Positions 1-11,825 of a DNA stretch of 38,422 nucleotides are shown piece by piece. The translations under genes and the position numbers were made by a program. This DNA is from Seison nebaliae (Eukaryota), in the NCBI GenBank assembly GCA_023231475.1, contig JALJEE010003212.1:1-38422 (forward strand), written 5' to 3'. The stretch's first letter is position 1, and each line of letters starts with the position of its first letter. The notes under the pieces are model-generated. The model saw only the letters and a list, made by a program, of their open reading frames with translations, was not told where the DNA came from and made no database searches.

Positions 1-24
1 TTGTGTTGGTGAAATGGAAGAATC

Positions 25-1560
25 TTACATAGAGGAACGAAAGAAGTTTACGAACAATTTCATTTGAATAGAATTAGCGGAATTTTGACTCTTTCTACAC
101 ATGAGAGACCAGAATTTCGCAGAATTATTATTATCCGCTAATTCAGCGAAGACCTCTGCTTCATTTCGCCTCAACAGATCTCTTACGGCATATCTAAATT
201 GTTTTCTAGCCAATTTGCTTTCAGAGAAAAATACAACATCACTTTGAACCAGATACTTACGATTTGCTTCAATCATCTTCACTTTCAAATGTCGTATTTC
301 TCGGAAATTAAGAATTTTTTCATTTTTCTGTGAATTATTTAAGGTTCTGTAGTATATACCAGAAGCCTTCAGAAACTTGGAGATCTCATCGAATGAGGCA
401 AAGCTTCTATTAGCGATGCAATTCATGGTTCTTTCCAACAAACGACTATTCCTACATATAGTAGATTTGATTTTTCACGAAACACTCACTTCACTCACTT
501 TATAAGAAATACGTAAAGAAAAATTAATAGCATAATGATCGGAAAGTAGAAACTCTTCTGAGATATAACATTCGTAAACATCTGAGAGAAGATTATTTGA
601 AACAAGAACATGATCAATCCATGAGCTACCACTACTAGTTTTAAATGAGACAGATTTGTTATCGCACCACAACAAATCGACGAAAGAACAATTGAAGTGA
701 TTGTACAATTCACTACCGCTACATACTAATAATTCAATATCCATAGGAGAAAGATTGAAATCACCACCGATAATGAACGATTTACCCAAACATTCCTTGG
801 TGATGAAATCTTTCAACCTGATTGATGTAAAGGATTTCTTCACACTGTCCCCATAAAAATTAATACATAAGACGTTGCGAATCTCGACAGAACATATACT
901 TTCACAATGAATAGGGAAATTCGACGGTGATAAACATTTTCGGACCAATATTATCATATCTGAAGAGCATCTCCCTTTACCAATCATACTACCAGGCTGT
1001 ATCGCAGGAGAGAGAAATAAATATGAGAAGAAATGTTAAAATTAGAAACTGGAAATGAGACCAACCAAGTCTCTTATAAAAAGGTAATCTCATCAACGGT
1101 AATGATGATGGTTCATCTAATTTATCATGAATTGTTGTAAACAATTTCGTCAATTTCTCTGTTTCGGCAATATTTGATGATAAGTTATTGTAGATTTTTT
1201 TTACTTCATCGCTTATCTCAACCAATTTATTCGACAGAGCCACCATGTCCTTTCTGTAATCAACATTCTCAGAAAGTAGATGGTTAATTTTTAGTTCAAT
1301 AGACACCAGTTCTGTTTTTTTGATCAAGCAGCTTCCATCGAGACCTGGACCATAGCAAGTTCTTTTATTCGTGGTAGGTGTACACGTATCCTTATTCTTT
1401 TGGTTTTTAGGTCTACCTCTTCCTTTCCTGCCATCATTTGTATCAGGAATCTCTTTATCAGGGACAATTAACTTATCCGGTACCACCTGATCCATATCTT
1501 GATCATCATCAACCACTTGGACGCGGCGATCGTCACCTTTATGATTATTCGGAATGTCAA
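25..1560 (-). mobile_element. Degenerate non-LTR (LINE) retrotransposon: ORF1-like coiled-coil fragment joined to a pseudogenised APE-endonuclease ORF2; probably extends past the left edge
   Basis: The ORF2 frame carries APE/EEP motifs: DEITFL*ETWL (normally QETWL, here TAA near 1075), GRCSSDMIILVRK, FIIGGDFN, SWIDHVLVS and SDHYAI. ORFs 475-987 and 25-441 are one frame split by an in-frame TGA. The upstream frame (~1110-1516) has a GRGRPK AT-hook-like motif and a coiled coil. No RT domain lies in the window. Confidence 0.8.
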
Positions 1561-1799
1561 AAATTCAAACTTTATAAATTTTTAGTGAATTTTAATAGAA
1601 TCAGAGAGCTTTAATCAAAATTGGTTGAGAATTTTATCTTCTTTTCTTTTCACCATACTAATTTATTTATTTGTCAAGATCTCTCACAAAATGTTCTTTT
1701 TTTCCTTCTTCGTTTAGTTATATCATATATTTTTATTCATTCTTTTTTTTTTTAATAAATTGGAAAATATAAATTCCTCTCTCTGTACGAACAAATGTC

Positions 1800-2983
1800 G
1801 TACTAAAGTACATGTACCAATACCAACTCTTCCATCATCTCACAAGCACCCGTTGTAGTGACTCCACTACTTCCGCGCGACTCACCGCAGCTCTTGAAAG
1901 TTGACCGGCTGATCAACTCCGAGAGTTTTCAGGAATTAATTGAAAATTCCCTTTCAGCAACTGAAAAAAAAAGAAAGTGCGACGACACAAATGTTACATT
2001 CGTCAATAATCGAACTCCCACCAATACGAACAATTTCCCACGATCGAGTTTCGAAAGTTCTAATATATGGAAAGAACTTTCGGAAATCAAAATATTGCTT
2101 CGTTCGTTCTTAAATAGGAACGTAATACCTACGACGAAGCATGAAATCGGGTGTCAAACCGATGATATCGAATTAGCGAAATTACTGCTTCACTCTTCAT
2201 CAAAGTTACTTCAAACGACGGAAATGAATGATGTCCCGGTATCTCGGTATCAGCCCTCCAAGAAGACTTCCGAGACGCGCACGAAGTTAGCGATTCGCAC
2301 GGAGTCTCCATCTTCACGGTCAATAAAAAATCTTCACTCAACAATCAACGAAATTCCTCCCAATCCATTTCTCAACAGCGAAAACCGAAACACAAGGCAA
2401 ATAGGACTGAATAGTTGCTACTGGCACTCGCTCTGGCTGTTTGTACTTGGAGCTCCTCCTCAGAAAATGAAAGGATCCTCCGTTCAGTGCTGGTCACGAA
2501 TTTCGATTCTCGGACAACGTCAACGGACGTCGCTTCATACCTCCATCAAACGAATCTAAATTTCGTCAAATTGTGGCGTATGAGAAGCAGAAAGAATGAT
2601 GAATCCCCGAACAAACCCCGTTCGTTCATTATTCGTTGTTCCGTCGATAATTATCGACTCGGAGATTATAATCTGCAACGATTTCTTAATACGGAGCTTT
2701 GGCCCGAACGAATTCACACCCGTCCTTTTTTTTCTTCCTCAACCATCGATTTCTTAAAAGAGAGATGTATTGAGTGCGTCTCAAACTCTGCAGATGTTTT
2801 GATGACGACCCACACTCCCTCTCTTCTTCTTCCATTTCTCTCCAAGCTCCTCCATCTTCATCGTCATCTTTATGACATAACCATCCCTCCGTTTTACCTT
2901 CTTCTCTATCTTCATATTCACCTATATTACTCCCAACTTCCGAAGCGAAGAAACTGTCACTTGTTTCGTTCAATTCGCATTAA
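1800..2983 (+). mobile_element. Second degenerate non-LTR retrotransposon remnant: frameshifted ORF1, truncated at the start of ORF2
   Basis: The 2415-frame reads SVLVTNFDSRTTSTDVASYL...RSFIIRC...LNTELWPERIHTRPF, resembling the RRM-like C-terminus of LINE ORF1 proteins (..WP.G..VR.F). It is frameshifted relative to 1858-2559. LSLVSFNSH* (~2954-2983) resembles the first motif of an APE endonuclease. Confidence 0.6.
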
Positions 2984-3087
2984 TAATGTTCGCATATTAA
3001 TTAATTAATGTTTTATTTGAACAATTAAGTCGAAAGTTCATTTTTAAATTCCAACTGACTGAATGTAACTGAATCTAGTTTTGAAAG

Positions 3088-4585
3088 TTAATGATGGTTT
3101 AATTGAGTTGTTTCATTGCCATCGAGAACTGTCGGCATCAAAGGTTGACTCATAACAAAAGGAACGTTTACGGTTGAATAAGCATTAGAATCAACAAACT
3201 CAGGTGATACTTCGTATTTATCGGCATTGTTTGGACACTTGGTAATATTATGATCTTTATAATAATTATAAGGTGCCGTTCTTTTGTATTCCCAATGATT
3301 TGTAAATAAATTTGATTGTTTTTCTTCGGGGATTTCTGTTTTCCTTCCGTCGCCGTCCATAATAGGTTTCGAAGAATTCGTCATTACTAATTGATCGATT
3401 GATTGCATGTTAGGTAACATGGAAAATGACTTATCTGATTGTATTGTCTGCCATGGATTTACCATATTCACATTATAATCTCGATAATATCCTTTTACAT
3501 TTTGTGCATTATTCTCCATTTCCATCATTCGCTCACTGTGAATTTCATTAGGGAAAGTAGTTTTGTTCCCAATAATTTGCCATCGGTTTTGAACATCAAC
3601 AACTCGGTGTGTATTTAAATAATTATGACACAATAATTCGGATTCTGTTCCAAAAAGAGAACTAGTAAAAAGATGAATGATATTTATGGTAATGAATTCG
3701 AACTTCTTGCACTGTTTTCCCGTATTCCCTAAAAATTTTCCTGTTTTCACATGTTTTATCACTAATGGAATTTCTGTCTTTTAAACAGTAAATATAAAAT
3801 ATTAATAAAATTTGACAAAAAAGATGAAAACATTTATCTCCTTACCATCAGCACAAAGTCGTTCATTAGGATTTAACGGTTCCACCATCCACAAACAGTC
3901 GTCGTCTTTTTCGTTGGAAAATATTACCGGTTGTAATCCTGACTTAGCTGATACGAATGTGTTTGAAATACATTGTGATTTTAAGAGCAACTAAAAAAGT
4001 TTTTAATACATTAACGTTAACGGCTTAAAACCTCCTCATCCAAACAACTGACAATGTGAAACTTTGTATAATAAGTAAGCGGACTTTCATCTGGTAATCG
4101 GTCACTGAAAAATATATGATTCCAATAACATTGTCAGTTTAATTTAATTAAACCATCTTATTTTCACCGCCGATCGTGAAATACCCATTGAATTCTCAAC
4201 AGAGGCACCTGTTGCGAAAAAACCGAAATCTTTAAACTTCAAATCATTTGCTACGCTTAATACTCGACGTTTTACATAATCTCCATTTTCTGTCTTTCCA
4301 CCCACATTCAATAACTGAACAATGGAACAATTCTTCAAATTTCCATTTCTTAATATTGTTAAGGGAATCTAAACGAGAGATATCGTTTATAATCAAACTT
4401 CTATTAACGGGAATATTAACAGATTGTTTTGAGAGTGTCAGAAACTTTTCTTTTTGACTCGTTGTAGAATTACTTGATAATTTGTTGTTAATCAATTTAT
4501 CTAAATCTTCCTTATTTTTCATCGATTCTTCATACCAATTTCCCAGAAGAACATTGGAATTATAAACGTTGTTCGTTGGATTCAT
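3088..4585 (-). CDS. CFAP161: Cilia- and flagella-associated protein 161 (6 exons)
   Basis: Motifs VYNSNVLLGNWYEE, SAKSGLQPV, WMVEPLNPNERL, IKHVKTGKFL and FGTESELLCHNYLNTHRV...NRW match CFAP161/C15orf26. Inferred introns at 4369-4420, 4105-4153, 3991-4031, 3778-3831 and 3662-3703 restore one reading frame. Confidence 0.85.
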
Positions 4586-4720
4586 TTGTATTTATTTCTA
4601 TGATGATAAGTTGTCAAGGTAAATCAAGTTTAAGTTCTCAAAATTTTAAATCAAGATATTATTAACATTTCAAGAAAATTAAACTGTAAGTTTTTTTCTT
4701 TTTGTTATTATAAGATTATG

Positions 4721-4734
4721 GTTGCCATGACAAC
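4721..4734. promoter_or_regulatory. RFX-binding X-box upstream of CFAP161
   Basis: GTTGCCATGACAAC is one mismatch from the perfect X-box palindrome GTTGCCATGGCAAC and lies ~135 bp upstream of the ATG of a ciliary gene. Confidence 0.8.
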
Positions 4735-4999
4735 AATTATAATTTTGTTTAGTTACATTCTCTCGATAATAAATTACCTAGTCAGAATTCAATTCATACA
4801 TCACTTTATCGAATTTTAGTTGTATAATTACTTGAAGATATAGAAAATAATAAGGAAATATGAAAATCTTTAATAATACTTTTTCTAATGTCCAATAATA
4901 AAATGTATTTAATAGAGTGAGCATGCTTGTAAAATCGACTATGTAAATGAATAAAAAACAATAATGAAAATTCCTTTGAGGAAGTCTATCAATCAGTAT

Positions 5000-7511
5000 T
5001 TATTTAGATAATATAGAAATTGATTCTATATTTACTTTCTGCGAATCTTCTTCTTTTGGCAACTTTAACGTCCGCACATTCTTCAAAGCAAATGAGACGG
5101 CGTCGTTAACTCCTAAAAATATGAGCTTAGTCCCACCATGTTCCATGTCGGTCACACCACATTTCGCTAATTTATCATATACCGTATCTGATAAAACGAT
5201 AAGATTAAAAAGATTTTGTTTTCGAACCATTGAACTAACCTTGTACTCCAGCTATCCATGTGAATATACCAATTTTGGAGTATTCTTCCACTATTTGTTT
5301 TACCACTTTTATTCCCATTGTATCAATATAGTTGATAGATGAGAAATCGAGAATAAGATGATAAATGTCAGAATTGTGGATTACATGTGCCTGTGGGTTG
5401 AGAATACATTGATCTTTCTCACTCATTTGTTTAAACCGACCCGACGTAAATGGATAGACCTCTTCTTTGTCATTCTCCTCTTTTACCACAGGATTTTTTG
5501 GTGCTTTTTCCAAGATCTCATTTGGATCCAGTTCCATTACACGATAAATTGCTAAGCGAAAACGATCGGCATTTGTGAAATATAAGGAATCTTCAAAACG
5601 GATAATTTTAATATTTGGTATTTCCTTTGCCTGAATAAATTATTAGTAAAAAATAAAAATGAATGACAATCATTTAACTGTATTATATCGATAAATGCTT
5701 TTATATATTCCAGATTGTCCAATCTGACCAATAATTGAGATTTTTGTTCTTTGTGATTTGAATACGACAGCCACAAACGATACGCCCATTCCCACAAAAA
5801 TTCCCATGTATGGTTCCAGAACTAACGTTGCTAACCATGACGAAAACCAAACGCTCTGTATTAAATTTAAAAATGAAATTTAAAGGAAAAATTTAGATAC
5901 TACGAACCGACTCGACATAACCTATCCGGAAATAATGGACGAATTGACGATGCTTCAAAAATAAACTTTTCAAACTAATAACTATAATCGCTGCCAAACA
6001 CGACTAAATGGAAAGATATATTAAACTTAACAAAAAAAGAAAGTAAAACGAATGGTAAATATTTGAAGAGATGTCCCACGAACAATATGACGAAAGTTAA
6101 ACAAACTGCTGAAACCACATTTGCCATCTATAAATCATCGAAATGTTAGAAATAAATTCAAATTAGAATTAACAATAGTATGAATACCACAATTATCCAT
6201 AATGATCGTTCGAGAAATACTCCCTCCCATTGGCACACAAGAGAAGAAAGAACCGAAAATATTTGAGGCACCAGTCGCCACCAATTCTTGATTACCATTC
6301 ACTGGATAGTTGTGTTTTTTCGCAAAGGCAACACAGACAGAGTAGGAAATAGCGTAACTGATAATTCCAACGATTATTGCATCGTTAAAGTAGAAACTGG
6401 TATATTCGAAATCAGGTATAATCGGATCAGGAATACCTTTCGGTATTTTGGATAATGTCTCAATTCCATAAGTATCTTGTCCATCAATGAAGTACATGGT
6501 GAAAGCAGAAATTACGACTAATATGATTTCGATTGGTATTGGTATTGGTAGTCGATCAGAGAATTCTCGATTGATAATTTCTTTGACGACGAATAAGAAA
6601 AATAAACTGATAACTGAACAAATGATTGTCGATGTATTCGCTTGATAAAGATGTGTGCAAATGTAATAGAACTTTTTACCGATTCGAAATTTACCCGACA
6701 TTCTTGGTACATTTGTCAACCCAAGAAGATTGTCGAATTGTGAAACGGTGACGAAGATACCAGCACCTGCTAAAAATCCACTAACTAATGGATCGGAAAG
6801 ATAAACAGAGAGAAATCCCAATCTAAATATTCCCATAATCAATTGGATGACTCCCGTCAAAAAAGTGATTCCACAACAGATCTTTATTCGAGTTGCTGGG
6901 GTATCTTCCAAATGTTGTTCGATCATCAATCGTTGAACCGCTTCACCAGAAAACGTAGAAACAATGGCGAATGATCCTTGAGAGAGATGACGAGATGTCC
7001 CAAAAATTGTATAAATGAGCACCGGAAATACGGACGTATATAGACCAGTAACTGGTGGTGTAGTCGCTAGAATTGCATAAGCCATTCCTTGTGGAATTTG
7101 TATGATAGCATTCGTCAATCCTCCCATAATATCACCCATAAGATAATGTTTTTTATATGAGGAAATGACGCCGAGAATTGGTAAATATCTCAAAATGAAA
7201 TTGGTACAACATCCTTTCGATGGTCGTACATAATTCTTGAGATAATAATGAAATTGGTGTAGTCTTTCTTGATTCTTATTCGCTGAATAGCCTTCAACTA
7301 AAAGGAATTGGTTTGTCGGTCTAGCTTGATAATGATCGGAGTTACATGCATGAGCTTCATTAAATGCAGCCTGATTATAATAAGGACGATGGATATCGAT
7401 CACACCGCTATCCGACGTGAGACTTCCTGTTTGTCGTCGACCATTAGTTCGATCTGAAATCACCGTTTTAGTACTGTACTCTTCGTTGACAAGTAAATTG
7501 TCCCGAATCAT
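5000..7511 (-). CDS. SLC26 family anion transporter (prestin/SLC26A5-A6-like) with C-terminal STAS domain (6 exons)
   Basis: Motifs GDIMGGLT..IIQIPQGMAYA, GLYTS, FGTSRHLSQG, NQELVATG, and STAS LILDFSSINYIDTMG. Inferred introns at 6128-6173, 6004-6049, 5856-5907, 5631-5678 and 5188-5239. First ATG is at 7511 (the ORF-track start at 7520 is TTG). Confidence 0.92.
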
Positions 7512-8393
7512 AATTGTCAATTTCCGGTAAACGATTTGAAATTAGATGTTGAAATTTTTTTTGAAATCTCATCAGCAACTTTCCATTATAAGTTTCATAA
7601 TAATATCATTTCCATTATTAAAATGAGAGAAATGATTAATAATAAAAATTATCTGGAATGGAGAAAGAGAAAGATAAGATAAATTGTTTATCAGGAAATT
7701 TCTTTGGCAAATTTCCGTAGAAAACGAAAGTGAAACGAAATCATCATTAATTCCGATCAATTTTATTTTACTGGATAATTAAATTATGTTTGCTTAAGAT
7801 TCTATTTGAAGTGTATTTTTTTTCTTTTTTCTATAAATCATCGTACAAATGGTGCAATAGTTGAGAAATTATTAACTTTGTATGAAAAACGTATAATAAT
7901 TATCGTTCAAATGAAACAATTGGAATTAATTAAATTTCTCCTTTTTTTTAATTAGAATTCGTTATAGTCATTTTTTCGTCGTTATTCGTTCATTTATCTT
8001 TCCATAAATATTATTGTATGATAATTTATTCAGACATGAAAGGAAATGTCAAAATAAAATAAAAGGATCAAAGAACAACAACAATAATAATAATAATAAT
8101 GATAATAATCATTGGAAGAATAATTGAATTTTGATGTGTTTTATATTTAAATTCAGAATTGTTGTACTTGTAGAAATAATTCATCTATCAATATATATGT
8201 GTGCATCATAACAGACCATATGTCAACTAATTAAATTCTATTAAAAAAATTATTTTTTCTTTATTGTTCCGGGATAATATTGAATCAAATTAAATAAGGA
8301 TATATCTTCTTTGTAGGATCAGGAATGATATAATCATGATATTAAAAGTCATCTTCAGGGTCTTTTAATTATAGCAGTGGACGAGTCTAGGGT

Positions 8394-8677
8394 ATTTGGT
8401 AGATTGACCATTTTCTAGACGGGACTATTTGGTAGACCGACCGTTTGGTAAACGGTCATTTGGTAAACCGATCTATCGGTAGATTGACCATTTGGTAGAC
8501 TCCGTATACAAAATACAGTTATATATATGTTTTTGATATTTTCTTTTTCGACATCAAAATTACACCAAATTTTTGGATTATTACCATTATAAATAAGATT
8601 AGAATTAAATTTTAATTTCAATTCATGGTAGACGGTCGGTCATCAAATAGTCCCGTCTACCAAATGTCTTTTCCCGG
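8394..8677. mobile_element. Non-autonomous foldback/MITE-like element built from 15-17 bp subrepeats
   Basis: About 7 tandem units like ATTTGGTAGAYYGACC at 8394-8500, then an AT-rich spacer, then an inverted copy (GGTCGGTCATCAAATAGTCCCGTCTACCAAAT, ~8634-8665) matching ~8410-8442. Confidence 0.65.
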
Positions 8678-9147
8678 CATTGGACAGAAGATGTCTCGTG
8701 TTTGAGTTCTTTTACCAATCAGTCATGTGTAGAAGAGTATGATTATGTGAAAGTGCGATGCTGTATCTTATTAAGAGTTAGACGGAAGAAGAATATGATA
8801 ATAATAATATTAATTGAAGACGATGTATGTCACGTAGAAGGGAAAGCAATTTTTTGACTTCAGTTTACCTGATAATAACATTGAAAGACTTTCATCCTCA
8901 TAAAATATATTGTATGTGTATTGATGATTCGATGAAGATAAAAGAAGTAAAGCGATAAAAAGAAAGGTTACATGTCGTAAATACTGTAATATTTCCCAGT
9001 TACTATAACAACGATCGGAATTCATATGATTTACTGCATATCATCAAATTATCATTCATCCACTTCATCCACCTACAAAATAAGAAACATGAGATATTAG
9101 ACGAACATATTGAGATATACATTATACAACATCAATCAACCAAAAAT

Positions 9148-11194
9148 ATGCATCATTCAGATGATATGTTATATGCATCTGAGAAATATCCGAAACAACT
9201 TTATTGGTTTAAAGTTAGAATAGTTCACACTCTGAGAATTTAAGTGTAAATTTAAATTGTTCAGATGAATAAACTTGTCAACTTAATGAAGGATAAACAT
9301 ATTGGTGTTAAATTGAGAGATAAGAAAGGTTTATTTTCGTCCTCTCAGAACATCTTTACCGGACAGACGTTAATTGAATGGCTAAAAAATAATTTGGAAA
9401 TTCCTGAAACTGGTTCGTTCTATTTTCGAATTTCGCATATTTTAACAAATGTCGATTGTGAAATGTTTAGAGGCGCAGCATGTTGCCATACTCTTATTCC
9501 AACATGGTTATTTATATCCGACATCGTCTCTTATCAATAACCATTCGACGGTGAAAGTCAACAGTGAAGAATATCGTTTTCAAGATCCGTTTTACTGGAT
9601 AACGGTTAATTGGCAGACGAACGACATCCAGTATGGTTCGTCCATTTCATTTAATATCCGTAACTTTAAAAATGCGAATTAGCAATATATTTATTACAAT
9701 GTGCATTTGGACATCTGTTTGGTATGACATTTGATCATAATGAAGAGGTTGGGAGATTCATAATTTTTTAACAAAATTACTGTTACTTAAAGAAAACATT
9801 AGATAATTTGCGATCAAGGTTAAGCAATCATTGGGATATGATAGAGATGCAATCGCAAGCTAGTTTGAATAAATTATCAGCAATGAAGAAATCTGAAAGA
9901 CGAATGATTATACAACAACAGAAATATTTCTGGTCAATAATGAAAGTCATATTTGACTACTTGGAATTAAACTACTTCCTCTTTTTAGGCTACAACGACG
10001 CCGAATGTTCTCGAAAACGATATGAAAGGTTCGTTCAAAATGGAGCATAAAATTTCTCCCGAAAAATATTTGTTATGGGAAGTTAGACAAATGTTAAAGT
10101 AACTTTTTCACATTATCTAACCAACAATTTCGTCGACTACTAATTATTAGATAGATCACTGTAAAAGAAAATTTAAGAAAGTGAAAACTCCGTTATCGAA
10201 ATTCTGTGAAAAGTTTCCCTTTAGTAATTATAGTATTTATTTATTTGGTCAAGTTTATGTGCGACATCGGAAATTTTGAATGAACACGACTCTTTCATAA
10301 CTCCGTGTGAACCATGTAATCCTTGGGTTGAGAAAAACAACCGGAAGTTCTGGGAATTAAATGCACGAATGTTAATAATTATAAAATTTAGTTCGGGTAG
10401 ATTTAAAGATATTAATAGTCCTGAACAACCGACGAGAAAACGAGTAGAATTGTGGCAAAGCAATTTTATTTATTTATTGAAAGATCCTTTGGGCGTCAAA
10501 GAGTTCCATAGTTTCTTAACGAAAGAATTTTCAACAGAAAATCTCAACTTCTGGCTAATAGTCCAGGATTATCGTCATTCATCTGCTAAAAAATGGAAAG
10601 AAAAATTACATGTGATTTACAAGTTTATAATAATTTAAATTTAAATAATATAACTGTTAATTATTAGGAATTATTTAGAACGAGGTAGTCCTACTGAAAT
10701 CAATGTGGATGTGGCATCTTTAAGAAAGGTGGCAGCTCAATTGGACAACCCTCAATGGTATTATTTTTTGAACTTGTTCCATTATTCTTTTCTAAAGGTA
10801 TTCATTAGAAGCAGTGGAGAATCACATATATAACTTAATGAAAAAGGACTCATATCAACGCTTTATTAAATCCGATCATTATAAAGAATTATTATCCAAA
10901 TCTTACGTCCATATTACGATGATAAAGAAAAGAAAGTTTATTTCCTTTTAATTTCAATGATTTATTCAATATTAATCAAAAAGCATTTTGCAATTCTCTC
11001 AATTTACTGATGACGAAGATGAAGACGATATGGATAGTGATATTGAATTGGAAGAAATTGGTCAGAAAAGAAGTTCCAAGGCTGAAAGAAAATCCGAAAG
11101 GTTATCAGAACATGTTCTTAATTTACCACGATTGAGACATTCATCCCATAACGCCAGTTTCAGTGACAACTTTCAGAAACAGAAATCTACTTAG
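9148..11194 (+). CDS. R7-family regulator of G-protein signalling (RGS9/RGS11/EAT-16-like; DEP-DHEX-GGL-RGS), 12 exons
   Basis: DEP: FTGQTLIEWL, YRFQDPFYW. GGL: HDSFITPCEPCNPW. Also FWELNARIPEQPTRKRVELW. RGS: LLKDPLGVKEFHSFLTKEFSTENLNFW, EINVD, LMKKDSYQRFIKS. Inferred introns at 9214-9264, 9413-9470, 9636-9682, 9748-9792, 9946-9988, 10082-10150, 10213-10253, 10371-10418, 10623-10667, 10758-10797 and 10936-10983. The start codon is uncertain because the frame stays open upstream to ~8959. Confidence 0.92.
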
Positions 11195-11825
11195 CCTAAG
11201 AATATTAAAATTTTTTTATAATTCTTATAACATTGAATGCACAATAAATATACAATTTATGTAATTATTGATATCTGACTGTTAATCTTACTTCTTGTTA
11301 GTTAGAAAATGAAATTGTTTTCAGAGACGAAAAGAAACGATCTTCATCCAAAATGTTCGTTAATTCTCATATTTTTTTCAGGAGAGGAATAGGAATTTTA
11401 TTTTGTGAAAAAGTCACTTTTAAAATCATCTCGATGTCGGAACGAGAATAGTATTTTTACTTTCCAGAAAAATTTTGAAGTAAAGTGAATTTTTCTTTGA
11501 GATTCGTGTGGAAATATAAAAAAAATTATTTTCTTCTTTTCTAAATAATAAAAATATGTATGTCATTTAACATATGCATTTTATTACTCTTCAATGAAAG
11601 AAGAATCGTTAAGAAATTATGGTTCTAATTAAAATAGTATGATATTGTTATGAAAAGAGTTGATTGAAAGAAATTTATACAAAACGAATCTTAAGATAAA
11701 TCACGAATAATTTCACAGCAAATTTTAGTTTTTATAAAAAATTGATTTATTGTTTTTGCATAATCAAATAATAAGAAAAGGTAGCGAGTGATGAGTATTT
11801 ATTTCACATGGAATTGACTTGTTAT

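Noticed and set aside
989..1070. Apparent C-terminal transmembrane helix in ORF 989-1516
   Set aside because: It is the off-frame reading of the endonuclease ETWL region.
475..1077. In-frame TAA (in place of Gln in QETWL) and TGA suggesting stop-codon reassignment
   Set aside because: Conserved genes end properly at TAA (RPB5), TGA (ZO-1, NXF1) and TAG (eIF3k) and have no internal stops. These are decay mutations in a dead element.
4144..4585. Overlapping ORFs suggesting programmed frameshifting in CFAP161 (similar cases in RGS and SLC26)
   Set aside because: They are fully explained by short GT-AG introns.
8394..8500. Short repeats resembling a CRISPR array, and the overlapping ORF 8415-8621
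   Set aside because: The repeats are contiguous with no unique spacers, there are no cas genes and the context is eukaryotic. The ORF is a by-product of the repeat.
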